Virus record (IMG/VR): IMGVR_UViG_3300020048_000056
Coordinates: 1 to 64,000 of that record
DNA from: a virus
DNA length: 64,000 nt
Reading direction: 5' to 3' (one strand)
The notes beneath the pieces were generated by a model. The model was not told where the DNA came from. It saw only the letters and a list, made by a program, of their open reading frames with translations, and searched no databases. This document shows, in pieces, positions 18,831-28,034 of the stretch (positions are counted from its first letter, which is position 1; every line of letters starts with the position of its first letter). Position numbers and translations under genes: made by a program.

Positions 18831-19145
18831 TTATACCTTCTCAATCATAGAAAGGGGGGTAGTGATATTACGGAAGAATCGACCTGTCTTCTGATCTAGA
18901 TCTATAACTACCTTAGTACGATTGACCTTGCGAACAGTTCCAAGGGCATTGACAAGATACTTAGGAGTAGCATTGACCAACTTGATACGGTCCCCTGCTT
19001 GGAACTCCCAGATGCTAGGAGCCATGTCCTGCTTGCGTGCCCTGACTGACAAGATGATTGAGTCTAGAAACTCATCACACTCTCCACTCATGATAGGAGA
19101 TACAATCTTGCTGCGGTACTCATCTGAATTCATGTCATCCACCAA
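18831..19145 (-). CDS. hypothetical protein, SH3/KOW-like C-terminus
   Basis: F..GDRIK...GTVRKVNRTKVVIDL. Confidence 0.65.
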   Translation of the reverse strand: MVDDMNSDEYRSKIVSPIMSGECDEFLDSIILSVRARKQDMAPSIWEFQAGDRIKLVNATPKYLVNALGTVRKVNRTKVVIDLDQKTGRFFRNITTPLSMIEKV

Positions 19146-19356
19146 TCACAACGTAGGTATTGTAACCTTCTGCATTCTCGATTGCAGCCGCTTCTGAATC
19201 ATACACCATATCGTCTAATCCCACAATCCCTTTGCCAACAAAGTCTATAGTTACAGCCTCCACCTCATGCCAATAATTGTGGGTAGGTTGAGATACACAC
19301 ACAACATCATCTGGATCAAAACTAGAAAGCATACGGATTAGATCTTCGACAATCAT
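19135..19356 (-). CDS. hypothetical protein
   Basis: Operonic, TAATG coupling. Confidence 0.65.
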   Translation of the reverse strand: MIVEDLIRMLSSFDPDDVVCVSQPTHNYWHEVEAVTIDFVGKGIVGLDDMVYDSEAAAIENAEGYNTYVVIGG

Positions 19357-19625
19357 TAGACTTCCTCATCATCTAGGGAATGGTCACAGAAAAATGCTGA
19401 TCCAACATCATACCCTCTTTGCCATACACCCACAAGTTCTGGATGAATCCAACTTGGAGCAGTCTCAAAAGTCTCATCAGGGAAGGTAGATGCCAAGTCA
19501 TCAGGAATCCATCCAATATACCCAATCATGAAAGCCATAGCAAAGACTTCCTTCTCACCATTAGGAATTCTAGGACTGTGATTCATTATGCTCATTCCAT
19601 TTCTGCTCAGCGTAGTCAAAGTCAA
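19356..19625 (-). CDS. hypothetical protein (start uncertain)
   Basis: Operonic ORF. Confidence 0.55.
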   Translation of the reverse strand: MTLTTLSRNGMSIMNHSPRIPNGEKEVFAMAFMIGYIGWIPDDLASTFPDETFETAPSWIHPELVGVWQRGYDVGSAFFCDHSLDDEEV

Positions 19626-19642
19626 ATTCTAATTGCTCAAAA

Positions 19643-19834
19643 TTAGTCAATTAGAACCTCGCACTCTTCATCCTCATCGACAACCTCAATGAGGCTTACA
19701 TCAGAATCATATGGTGAAGACTGAAACAACATGTCATCGTCATAGAACATCTGCTCTGCCCCACCATGACTGATAGCCTCATAGACCTTTTCGTAGTATT
19801 CGCGGCACTCATATCTGACAGTATACTTAGGCAT
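19643..19834 (-). CDS. hypothetical acidic protein
   Basis: GGAGG RBS, TAATG coupling. Confidence 0.7.
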   Translation of the reverse strand: MPKYTVRYECREYYEKVYEAISHGGAEQMFYDDDMLFQSSPYDSDVSLIEVVDEDEECEVLID

Positions 19835-19980
19835 TAGTCCTCCACTAGGTCGATTTGCAGGGTAGACCGAAATTCATCCATGATAGTCTCAAACGCACGG
19901 TTCTCATCAGTCCAGTCCATCTCCATGGTTGCATAGAGAGGAGAGCCACTAACCTCTGCATAGATATTCCAAGTAGCCAT
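19834..19980 (-). CDS. hypothetical protein
   Basis: GGAGG RBS before ATG 19980. Confidence 0.6.
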   Translation of the reverse strand: MATWNIYAEVSGSPLYATMEMDWTDENRAFETIMDEFRSTLQIDLVED

Positions 19981-20005
19981 TATCTTCCTCCGTGTCAACT
20001 TTAGG

Positions 20006-20194
20006 TCAAATAGAAACAAGGGCATTGAGCATGTTATGACAACGACTATCTACTAACTCGTCATGGGGGCTAGTAGCCCAATACCATTCTTCTGTCTGAT
20101 TATCCCAAATGTTTCCATCAAGATACAGAGTCTCATCCTCCACAGACCATTTCTGAGTTTCAGTATTATATGAAACAACATAGGTAAGTTCCAT
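20006..20194 (-). CDS. hypothetical protein
   Basis: AGGAGG RBS, TAATG coupling. Confidence 0.65.
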   Translation of the reverse strand: MELTYVVSYNTETQKWSVEDETLYLDGNIWDNQTEEWYWATSPHDELVDSRCHNMLNALVSI

Positions 20195-20358
20195 TATGCC
20201 TCCTGAAAACTATGGTAGAAACGAGGGGAGTGATCAAACATTAGACTACCTTTCACACCGTCAGACCTACGCTTCACGACACAAAGCCCATGTCCGAATC
20301 CTAGAACCTCATACCGCTCCTGCATTTCCGCGGTAGTCATTCTGTCATAGTCAATCAT
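20194..20358 (-). CDS. hypothetical protein
   Basis: VLGF...VV.R..DGVKGSL.F.HSPRFY motif. Confidence 0.65.
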   Translation of the reverse strand: MIDYDRMTTAEMQERYEVLGFGHGLCVVKRRSDGVKGSLMFDHSPRFYHSFQEA

Positions 20359-20584
20359 CTCGCACATCCTTATACTCATTAGCGCATCGCTTGCACATCC
20401 GATTGGCACTTGCTCGTCTGCTCATTCTACCAACATATCGCAGGGAAGTCAACTGCTGATACGACCATCCCTTATGACTGTCAACATATGCCCCACATGC
20501 TGTCTGACCAAACCATGCACCAATATGGAGCATCCCAGAGGGGGAAGTGAAGACAGTTAGCGCACGCTCATCTAGGAGAGACAT
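20351..20584 (-). CDS. hypothetical Zn-binding protein
   Basis: H...ACG...CKRC. Confidence 0.6.
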   Translation of the reverse strand: MSLLDERALTVFTSPSGMLHIGAWFGQTACGAYVDSHKGWSYQQLTSLRYVGRMSRRASANRMCKRCANEYKDVRDD

Positions 20585-20586
20585 GT

Positions 20587-21072
20587 CTAGTAGATTACAG
20601 TTACTTCGATGTCATCTTCAGAGAGATCAACATCAAAGTCATCATTGTATCCGTTGGTGTCAATGGAAGCCTCAAGGTAACCATTCAGGTCCTCAAGGTC
20701 CATGCCAAGGGGGGCAGTCACAGTACCAGAGAAAGTAACATTGACTGAAACAGCATACTGCTTAGTCAAGGCAATGCCAAGTGCCTCAGCAATAGCCTCA
20801 ACACGATCCTTCTCAAAGTCATCACACTCGTATGCCTCAACGATAAGAGCCTTGGCACTTGAGATATAACTGTCCTTCTCCATGATTTGACGACGGAAGG
20901 AAGCGACGGTATTCTGAAGAATCTCAATGCTATCTTTCTGGGTCTCTAGATCACGCGCCAGATTCTGATTCTCCTTAGAGAGATTGAGAATACGCTCTTC
21001 CAAGGTAGGATTGTAGTTGGCCAACACGGTGGCATCTACCTGATCAGTAATGGTCATTTGATATTCAGTCAT
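20587..21072 (-). CDS. coiled-coil hypothetical protein
   Basis: AAGGAG RBS; TTGACA-17-TAGAAT promoter 21131-21103. Confidence 0.8.
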   Translation of the reverse strand: MTEYQMTITDQVDATVLANYNPTLEERILNLSKENQNLARDLETQKDSIEILQNTVASFRRQIMEKDSYISSAKALIVEAYECDDFEKDRVEAIAEALGIALTKQYAVSVNVTFSGTVTAPLGMDLEDLNGYLEASIDTNGYNDDFDVDLSEDDIEVTVIY

Positions 21073-21134
21073 CAGGACTCCTTATTGGTGGGTGATATCA
21101 CGATTCTAGCAGTTGTGGGGGTAGATGTCAAGAC

Positions 21135-21314
21135 CTACTCCTCTACAGACTCTACCTCCGAATAGTCAAAGGCCATAGAGAAACCCTGTCCTACAACACC
21201 AAAGGTGCGATCAAACTCTGCCAAGCCAAGAACGCTCGCCTCTTCCTCAGAGTTGGCCTCAACTTCAACGGTATCGTTATAGGATGCACTAATGTTGACG
21301 GTATAGGTACGCAT
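21135..21314 (-). CDS. small acidic protein (not in ORF track)
   Basis: MRTYTVNISASYNDTVEVEANSEEEA...; GAGGAG RBS; TTGACA-17-TAAGAT 21373-21345. Confidence 0.7.
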   Translation of the reverse strand: MRTYTVNISASYNDTVEVEANSEEEASVLGLAEFDRTFGVVGQGFSMAFDYSEVESVEE

Positions 21315-21615
21315 TATTTTCTCCTCGTCGATTGGAATAGTCTCATCTTACCCTATGCCCTTCCCAATGTCAAGCGAAAAATGGGGTTTTTGGGGATTCA
21401 TCTTAATGCATCTTAAATGTTTTATTATTCTAATATTTTTAAAAAAGATGCCCGGCCTGGCCAAAACCCCAATGATACCAACAACTTTTCAGTATTCCCA
21501 ATTCTTCAATAACCGCAATGGGTTTTCGTTGTAAGAATGGAGTGACCTAAAAGTGTTGGTACTAAAGGGATTTTGGAGAAGGCAGTTTTACATCATGCCT
21601 AGGATTGTGTAAGGA

Positions 21616-22611
21616 CTACGCGAACGCAAGTTCCTTCACGACTGAGAGGATGCGATTCTTCTCAGCGTTGGTGACTGCATCGAAACCACTAGCAGCAGCA
21701 AGAACATTCTCTGCATTGCCCCCGCGAGGATTGCGATACCAGTCAAGGCGCTCAGTGATCGTGTTGTAAGCACCCCAAGCAGTATCCTTGATACCCACGT
21801 TGGTGGGACCAGTCCAGATGTCAAAGATAGTATCAACCTTGGCAGTCCACTTAGTGAGTGCGCCCTTGACATCAGCCTCAGGCTCAGGGTAGATAGCCTT
21901 CACAATGTCAAAGAACTTGTCAGCAGTGATGGACTGCTCGAACATTGCCTGTGCTTGGATATCAAACTCATCCATATACTGATTAGCAAGGCCAAGCGCC
22001 TCACGAGCCTGAGCAACCTTACCCTCAACTGACTGAGTGTGACGCATACGGAAGGACTGCTTTGCACCCTTGCCCTTAGCGCCTACTGCCATGTTGAGCG
22101 TGTTCTGGCAGACAACACGAACGGGCGTATTGCTTGCCTGAATAGCAAGGCTGCCATCGTGCGAGGTATGCAGGAGAAGATAGGACTTGACGATATCGCG
22201 CACACCGCTAGCGTCAATAACTGACTCACGCTCCATTGCGAGGGATGCGAATACTACGGTGCCGTTCTTGATAGAACCAGCAGTCTCCCAACGAGCGCCG
22301 TCAAGGATGTTGTCCCCGAATGCCAGCAGATCCTCGTTCTGATAGGGACGATAACGCTCGCCCACGACACCAAGAACATCAGCCAAGCCGTCATAGGGGT
22401 TGGTGCGAACGGTGGCAAAGTGCTGACGATGCGAACGACCAGGAAGAACAATCTCCTCGCAACGAACATCCCAATTAGCAAGGTGAGCAAGGCGCAGCAT
22501 TTCGGCGGTAGTCACTTCCTCATCAAAGACCTCGCCAAGACCGTGCCAAGCAGGCTGACGCAAAGAAGCAAAGGAGGCCATCTCGCCATACTGTTCCAAC
22601 ATGTGAGCCAT
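21616..22611 (-). CDS. DUF932-family phage/plasmid protein (TIGR03299-like)
   Basis: PAWHGLG, GVVGERY.PYQN, WETAGS, SHDGS, TPVRVVCQNTL, RHT motifs. Confidence 0.9.
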   Translation of the reverse strand: MAHMLEQYGEMASFASLRQPAWHGLGEVFDEEVTTAEMLRLAHLANWDVRCEEIVLPGRSHRQHFATVRTNPYDGLADVLGVVGERYRPYQNEDLLAFGDNILDGARWETAGSIKNGTVVFASLAMERESVIDASGVRDIVKSYLLLHTSHDGSLAIQASNTPVRVVCQNTLNMAVGAKGKGAKQSFRMRHTQSVEGKVAQAREALGLANQYMDEFDIQAQAMFEQSITADKFFDIVKAIYPEPEADVKGALTKWTAKVDTIFDIWTGPTNVGIKDTAWGAYNTITERLDWYRNPRGGNAENVLAAASGFDAVTNAEKNRILSVVKELAFA

Positions 22612-23038
22612 GATATTTCCAATCGTTTAGGTGATTTGCTTATAGGTAAAGAATACGGGATTTGGGAGTCATTGTCAAGCCATATCTACAATTTCTTTTA
22701 TTTATTTTTAGTTGTTATTTGATCGAAAGACAACGAATTCCCCTCTTGACAAGGGAATTGGGCATCTTAAATGGCCTTCTTAAATGGGTATAAACAACGA
22801 TATCCGTTGCGCGGCCCGGCCCGATTATTTTAGATTTGTCAAGTCACAAAAAAAGCCCCCCTAGGGAGCAAAGTGGGTGGATGCTCAACCTAGAGGGACG
22901 AACATGATGGAGGGGGGACTCCAAAATATCTACCATCAGTATACAGTAACAAAAAGGAAGGGGTAGGTGGATTGAATTCAAGTTTGAATGACTTAGCCAC
23001 GTATGCATTCTCAGTATCATTCAATGTCCTACCCCTAG

Positions 23039-23112
23039 CGGTACTGACGGGATTCGAACCCGCGATCTCTTCCGTGACAGGGAAGCGCATTAAGCCGCTA
23101 TGCTACAGAACC
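23039..23112 (-). tRNA. tRNA-Asp(GTC)
   Basis: Reverse complement ggttctg...cttcc-ctGTCac-ggaag...gcggg-ttcgaat-cccgt-cagtacc-g. Confidence 0.9.
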
Positions 23113-23117
23113 AAATA

Positions 23118-23198
23118 AAATAGTCAATGGGATTCGAACCCATACCTGAGATTTTTCCCTCCCCGTCCATCCTTTTCTTTTTTAGACTATGACTATTT
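23118..23198 (-). ncRNA. tRNA-like RNA lacking a proper anticodon arm
   Basis: Acceptor-like aaatagtca/tgactattt and perfect T arm atggg-ttcgaat-cccat; purine-rich middle. Confidence 0.55.
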
Positions 23199-23201
23199 CA
23201 G

Positions 23202-23268
23202 CACCTCACCAAGGAATCGGACCTTGCCAGACGAGGTTTGGAATCTCATCCCCGCCCAGCGGGTAAGG
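23202..23268 (-). tRNA. atypical compact tRNA-Trp(CCA)
   Basis: gccttac/gtgaggt acceptor, mini D arm cgc-tgg-gcg, loop ttCCAaa, T arm caagg-tccgatt-ccttg, G73. Confidence 0.65.
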
Positions 23269-23416
23269 CTAGCGGACTAGGCTTATTCCCTTCCTTCACC
23301 TAGTCCTATTTGGTAGATGGCGATAATTATGGGAACCATCCATTGAGTCAGCCAGTCGATTTGCAGGGTGGCGTAGACTCAAGCACTCTATTTATTTATT
23401 TAGGAATTGTAACACA

Positions 23417-23554
23417 TTATGAGACGGTTGTCCAACGACCATCCTCAAAGCGGACGCGGTACGAACCATTCTGATTGTCTACGATTTCGGCAACAATGCC
23501 CTTGTGTGAAGACTTCTGAGAGATGAATTCTGAACCGACGATTGCGATACTCAT
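23417..23554 (-). CDS. small SH3-like protein (not in ORF track)
   Basis: MSIAIVGSEFISQKSSHKGIVAEIVDNQNGSYRVRFEDGRWTTVS; AAGGA RBS. Confidence 0.65.
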   Translation of the reverse strand: MSIAIVGSEFISQKSSHKGIVAEIVDNQNGSYRVRFEDGRWTTVS

Positions 23555-23629
23555 GTTATTTCCTTCTTTAGTATGGTTTATGATCTATGTGATACTAAGC
23601 CTTTTTATATCATGCTCAGGATACGAATG

Positions 23630-23794
23630 CTATCGACCAACGATAGTAACGCGAGGCCGAACGATCTTAGATGCAGGGAGAGCCTGAGTCTGGTTGGTTG
23701 CACCAAGGAATGTACCCTTGTCATTACGAACGACAGCCTTGGCGACTGGTCCCTTGCTCGTGTTCCAGATCTCAGTAGCGACAATAACCTTCAT
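23630..23794 (-). CDS. small basic protein (not in ORF track)
   Basis: MKVIVATEIW...VVRNDKGTFLGATNQT; AAAGGA RBS; promoter 23883-23855. Confidence 0.65.
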   Translation of the reverse strand: MKVIVATEIWNTSKGPVAKAVVRNDKGTFLGATNQTQALPASKIVRPRVTIVGR

Positions 23795-23956
23795 GTATTT
23801 TCCTTTGTTTGGGAGAAAGCCACGGTGAGCATTTCTCTTTGTTGTTATGTTTACATCCTACACCATCTGGGAGAGAATGTCAAGGCATTTTCTAGACTGT
23901 TATCATTTTGTTATCAACTCAATATTTCCACCCTTTGTCGTTATAACGCTATCTTA

Positions 23957-24214
23957 CTACAGATTCATCAGGTCGTCAAGGGTGTCAATGGAATTAAGTC
24001 TGTGACTTGCGTCACCCTCAAGAATGACAACGGCAACGGAACGGATACCCTCAACAAGGCCCATACCACTCATACGCATAGCCTCGTTTGTTTCATTGGC
24101 CAACTCAGCGTATAGAGTAAATGCAGCGTGCGCTAAATGTCCTGAGAGATCCATAGCATTGACGTATAGTTCCCCCTCATGTTCGACGGTACGGATATTC
24201 AATTCACTAAACAT
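23957..24214 (-). CDS. hypothetical protein
   Basis: Operonic ORF. Confidence 0.6.
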   Translation of the reverse strand: MFSELNIRTVEHEGELYVNAMDLSGHLAHAAFTLYAELANETNEAMRMSGMGLVEGIRSVAVVILEGDASHRLNSIDTLDDLMNL

Positions 24215-24407
24215 CTTCCACTACCATTCTAACTAGGTCACTATCTGACAATGCTATAGATCGTTGGAATCCCTCATCATCAACAAGCCAGAGAATACTA
24301 TGATCGTTATCAGCACCCTCAATTGCTTGTAGGTAGAATGTTTGTTCTTGAATGTATAGAACATCACCCTCTTCCAATGCCCACACTTCGATTTGTTCAG
24401 TAATCAT
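24207..24407 (-). CDS. hypothetical protein
   Basis: Likely start MITEQ; operonic. Confidence 0.55.
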   Translation of the reverse strand: MITEQIEVWALEEGDVLYIQEQTFYLQAIEGADNDHSILWLVDDEGFQRSIALSDSDLVRMVVEDV

Positions 24408-25084
24408 TCTTCCAAGCCTTCCTTTCACGCTGACGCATTGCTGATGATGAAATAAGATCTGAGCAACAGAAGCATCCACGATGCCCGTTGCGTCCTTGGT
24501 TTCTCTGACTGTTTCTCATAGGGACAACTTACCACATATTTTAGGTTCATGCAAATTTTGGGCACATATTTTGGTGTGTCTTAAACCACATCTTAAGGGG
24601 TTGACATTTGAGAAAAATGCGACCGGCCTGGCTTTTGCCCAAAAGTCGTTGGTATCAAACAACTTTTAGACATAGCCAAAACATGTTGCTACGCAGCGAA
24701 TAATGCAGCAATCAAAATAATTGCAATGACAACAAAAATAATTACACCGCAACCTACTGCAATTCCTGCACCGATCTGCTCAGCCTTTGCATTCTGCTCA
24801 GCGGCTGTCTGGTTCCACTCATTCTTATTCACTGGGATTCCTTACTGTAGATTTGATTTGAAATTTCTTTGTACATGGCGTCAATTTCTGCGGGGACAAT
24901 ATGATGAGTGTCTAGAGCGGCTAGCATGAAGAGCAGACTATCCCATGAATTCATTGACATATCAACTCTAATCATTATTTTCCTCCGAATAAGTTTAGGC
25001 ATCCACCGAGTAGAGCCATTAGTCCAAAAAAGAATACTACGTTAGTTAGCATTGCGATAATCATGCTACCACCATTACGATCAT

Positions 25085-25648
25085 TCACTTAGCCTCACCC
25101 CTTGCAACAATCCAGATGAGTGCTTGCATTGCTGCGGGAGTCAATCCGAATGACTTTGCAACCTCACGAACACAATCCGCTAACAGATTATATTCTGACT
25201 TATTGACACCCTTGGCAGCGTCAAGCCCTGCGGCACGAATCATCCATACGTCAATCGTGACCGCATTAGTATCCCCCGCAATGTTGCGAGCGAAAGCATT
25301 AGTTTTCTGACCATTGAGCGCATCGAATCCAAGAACTAGAGAATTGTTTGCCATTGTCATATTGTTGGCAAGCCCTGCGACATGATTACCCTGAGAGAAT
25401 GAAAGCGCATTGATAACGTTACGTCCCCAAGTCTGACGGGGAGAGAATGCAGCAACAATGCTCGCGCCAATTTCAAGGGTAGATCCAAGGTTGCGTGCAA
25501 CTTCCAAGGCTACATCCTTAGCATCATCATACCAAGTAGCGGCAGATGCAATATCTGACATGGTGGCATTGAGAGCAAGGCGCGTGTAGGATGACAGAAC
25601 ATCCTGACGGGCTTCGGATACGGTGTGGGTGAGATTCAATGTGATCAT
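25085..25648 (-). CDS. HhH-GPD/DNA-glycosylase-like phage protein (DUF7178-like)
   Basis: WY..A, AAFSPR..W..N, KT.AF..NI.G...VTIDVW, QA.IW motifs; leaderless TTGACA-17-TAGGAT-N6-ATG. Confidence 0.7.
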   Translation of the reverse strand: MITLNLTHTVSEARQDVLSSYTRLALNATMSDIASAATWYDDAKDVALEVARNLGSTLEIGASIVAAFSPRQTWGRNVINALSFSQGNHVAGLANNMTMANNSLVLGFDALNGQKTNAFARNIAGDTNAVTIDVWMIRAAGLDAAKGVNKSEYNLLADCVREVAKSFGLTPAAMQALIWIVARGEAK

Positions 25649-25660
25649 GGTATGATCCTA

Positions 25661-26224
25661 TCAGTTATTAGTCAGAATGTCAATAGCAGATGAGTAACTA
25701 TTTACAAATTTATTTGCTAGATCTTGTGCTACATAGTCATAGAGGAAATACTTATATTCTGAGTGCAGTTCACAAATAATGATGCCAAAATTCTCTGCTA
25801 TTTCTAGAATAGAATTATCTTTGCCTATAGCATTTTTTCCACAAATAACAATTTTTTTACAATCCAAGGTAGATGTCTGAAGAATAAATTTAGACAATCC
25901 TTGGATATCTAATACAGTCTTAGCCTCAGCAACAATAGAAATGTCTCCATCCTTGAGTGCTACACAATCAAAGGTAGAAGATCCTAACTTATATTGTGAA
26001 TGTACGCTGTCCAGATTTAACTTACTAGCAGACTCTAACACCATGCTAAAGGTTACATCCTCATAGATCTTTGCTTTCATTACCCTACGAATACGCATAG
26101 GCAGGCTATCAGCGTGATCCGAATCCCGTACAATTCTGAGAGCCATAAATGAATAAGCGGACAAGTCAATAACAGTATCGTCAATGTATACGATATGCTT
26201 GGAAGTCTTTGTATCATTTCCCAT
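25661..26224 (-). CDS. PD-(D/E)XK nuclease-like protein
   Basis: Q...FDCVAL...IVAEAKT catalytic pattern. Confidence 0.6.
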   Translation of the reverse strand: MGNDTKTSKHIVYIDDTVIDLSAYSFMALRIVRDSDHADSLPMRIRRVMKAKIYEDVTFSMVLESASKLNLDSVHSQYKLGSSTFDCVALKDGDISIVAEAKTVLDIQGLSKFILQTSTLDCKKIVICGKNAIGKDNSILEIAENFGIIICELHSEYKYFLYDYVAQDLANKFVNSYSSAIDILTNN

Positions 26225-26746
26225 GATGTTTCCTATTGTTGGAAGGATTAGAGTGAGGGTCTATCTTATTAGTTAGAAGGTCAGGGGGTAATTAATTTCG
26301 ATCCAAGTCATACAACCTAGACAATGGTATTCCCCATTAGGTTGTATTCCCCAAGGAAAGCCGTGCAGAATTGGACTAGGCATTTTCTCTATCCTTATGC
26401 TTGGTTTTACGGGTATATCTAGACTTATTTTTATGAGGCATAGCGGCATTAGATCTACGCAATTCCTCAATACGCCTCTGGTGTTCAGGATTCCTACGAT
26501 GATTCATTAGATACCTTCCGAACGCCAGCAGTTATAGCAGCAACGAATATCTTGGTCGTATCCGTTTACGGTGTTATAGAAAGAATGGAATCCACGGTCG
26601 CTGCCCTCACAGGGGTTCTCAAAGTTGCTCATGGCATTAGCCTATCAGATTTTATTTACAATGTCAAATTCTGCCATGTTTTTAGGGGTGACTTAAACCA
26701 CACCTTAAAGACTTGACAAATGAAAAAAAATCGTCCGGCCTGGTTT

Positions 26747-26944
26747 TTACACCACCTCCAAAGTCAGGAGGTAGTTGTCGAGATTTTCCTCAACCTGAGC
26801 AGCAAATGAGCCATCTTCCAAGCGCCAGACACCCGCACCGACCTTGATGCCACCACGCTCGCGCAGTTCTTTAGCAAGATCCTTCCAAGAGTCGAATCCA
26901 GAGACGCGGTAGGAGTAGAAGTTGTCGATGTAGAGGTTGTACAT
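26747..26944 (-). CDS. hypothetical protein
   Basis: AAAGG RBS, own promoter 27002-26974, bracketed by two CTTAA/CCGGCC repeats. Confidence 0.75.
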   Translation of the reverse strand: MYNLYIDNFYSYRVSGFDSWKDLAKELRERGGIKVGAGVWRLEDGSFAAQVEENLDNYLLTLEVV

Positions 26945-27058
26945 GGCTTGCCTTTCGTTAGGATGATAATATTATCCTATCCTAGATTTCATTAAATGTC
27001 AAGCGATTTCGCAGATTTCTGCCATATATTTCGGTGTGACTTAAAGCACTTCTTAACC

Positions 27059-27078
27059 TGTGGATAACTTGTGGAAAA
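27059..27078 (-). promoter_or_regulatory. two tandem DnaA boxes
   Basis: TGTGGATAA, TGTGGAAAA, 11-bp period. Confidence 0.65.
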
Positions 27079-27201
27079 CGCGACCGGCCTGGTTTTTCCA
27101 GAAAAGTCCTTTAGTACCAACACCTTTCGGCTCTCCCCAAAACCGTATCATTACGAAACGATAATGGAGGAGTCTCGAAAAGCATTGGTATTAAACAACT
27201 T

Positions 27202-27360
27202 TTAGCCCCAATCGTTTTCATCACGATGAATGACGCTAAGTGCAGCGAGCAAATTCTCCTTTGCTGCCAACGTGTTTTCAGCATTGAGCATATTCATTGC
27301 CATCTTGATTTGGAAGGAAATCTCAAAATCACGAGGGGAGAGTTCAGTGTTAGCCAGCAT
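27202..27360 (-). CDS. hypothetical protein
   Basis: Likely start MLANTELS overlapping upstream stop. Confidence 0.55.
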   Translation of the reverse strand: MLANTELSPRDFEISFQIKMAMNMLNAENTLAAKENLLAALSVIHRDENDWG

Positions 27361-27583
27361 TGTATTCCATCCAATTCTGTAGTGATTTAGTGAAATCAAG
27401 CATAGAGGTACGATTCTTTTCATGAGCGAATTCGAAACACTCAATGTTTTCTATCCATGTTGGCTCATCTGTAATTCTATACACGTTGGCGGTATGAGAT
27501 CCAACGTACCAGACTACCCACTCACCACTATCTAGATCAGCACGCATTGTATTTATTTCTGGGTAAGAGTAAATCTTCACCAC
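27350..27583 (-). CDS. hypothetical protein
   Basis: GGGG RBS, GTG start. Confidence 0.55.
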   Translation of the reverse strand: MVKIYSYPEINTMRADLDSGEWVVWYVGSHTANVYRITDEPTWIENIECFEFAHEKNRTSMLDFTKSLQNWMEYNAG

Positions 27584-27713
27584 TTGCCCCCTTCATTCTG
27601 ATAAGCGATTAGTCGATCAAGGTCAATAGTTAGAAAATGAATGTTGCAGGGGATGCACAACTCTTCCCACATTGGGGAGGGCTCTACTTCCAAGTCGCAA
27701 TGGCTACAGAAGA

Positions 27714-27857
27714 TCACTGCTCATCACTCTCATCAAGAATCTCAAAGTCTCCGTAGGAGTCACCATCGTGCTCTACTGCTATCTTGATAAACTCTAGAGC
27801 CCTATCACGATTATCGAACATAGCGCAGTATGCGCCGTAGTAGTAAACCTTATACAT
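27714..27857 (-). CDS. hypothetical protein
   Basis: AAGGA RBS before MYKVYYYG. Confidence 0.6.
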   Translation of the reverse strand: MYKVYYYGAYCAMFDNRDRALEFIKIAVEHDGDSYGDFEILDESDEQ

Positions 27858-28034
27858 ATTATTTTCCTTAGAATGGGAGTGAGTAGAAGAGGGTGCCATC
27901 GACGAGAACGGAATCCTCGCCAATTCGCATGGCCTTGCTGTAGTCGAACGCGGTATCTTCCAACATGTGGTAGATGTCTGACCAGTTGCTCTCGAATGTG
28001 TTCATGGATTTATCCTATCAGTAGGGTCTGACAT

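Noticed and set aside
22890-23090. 66-aa minus-strand ORF
   Set aside because: Begins inside tRNA-Asp and runs through hairpins; no RBS.
23573-24115. 180-aa plus-strand ORF
   Set aside because: Opposes genuine leftward genes with RBS and promoter; no recognisable motifs.
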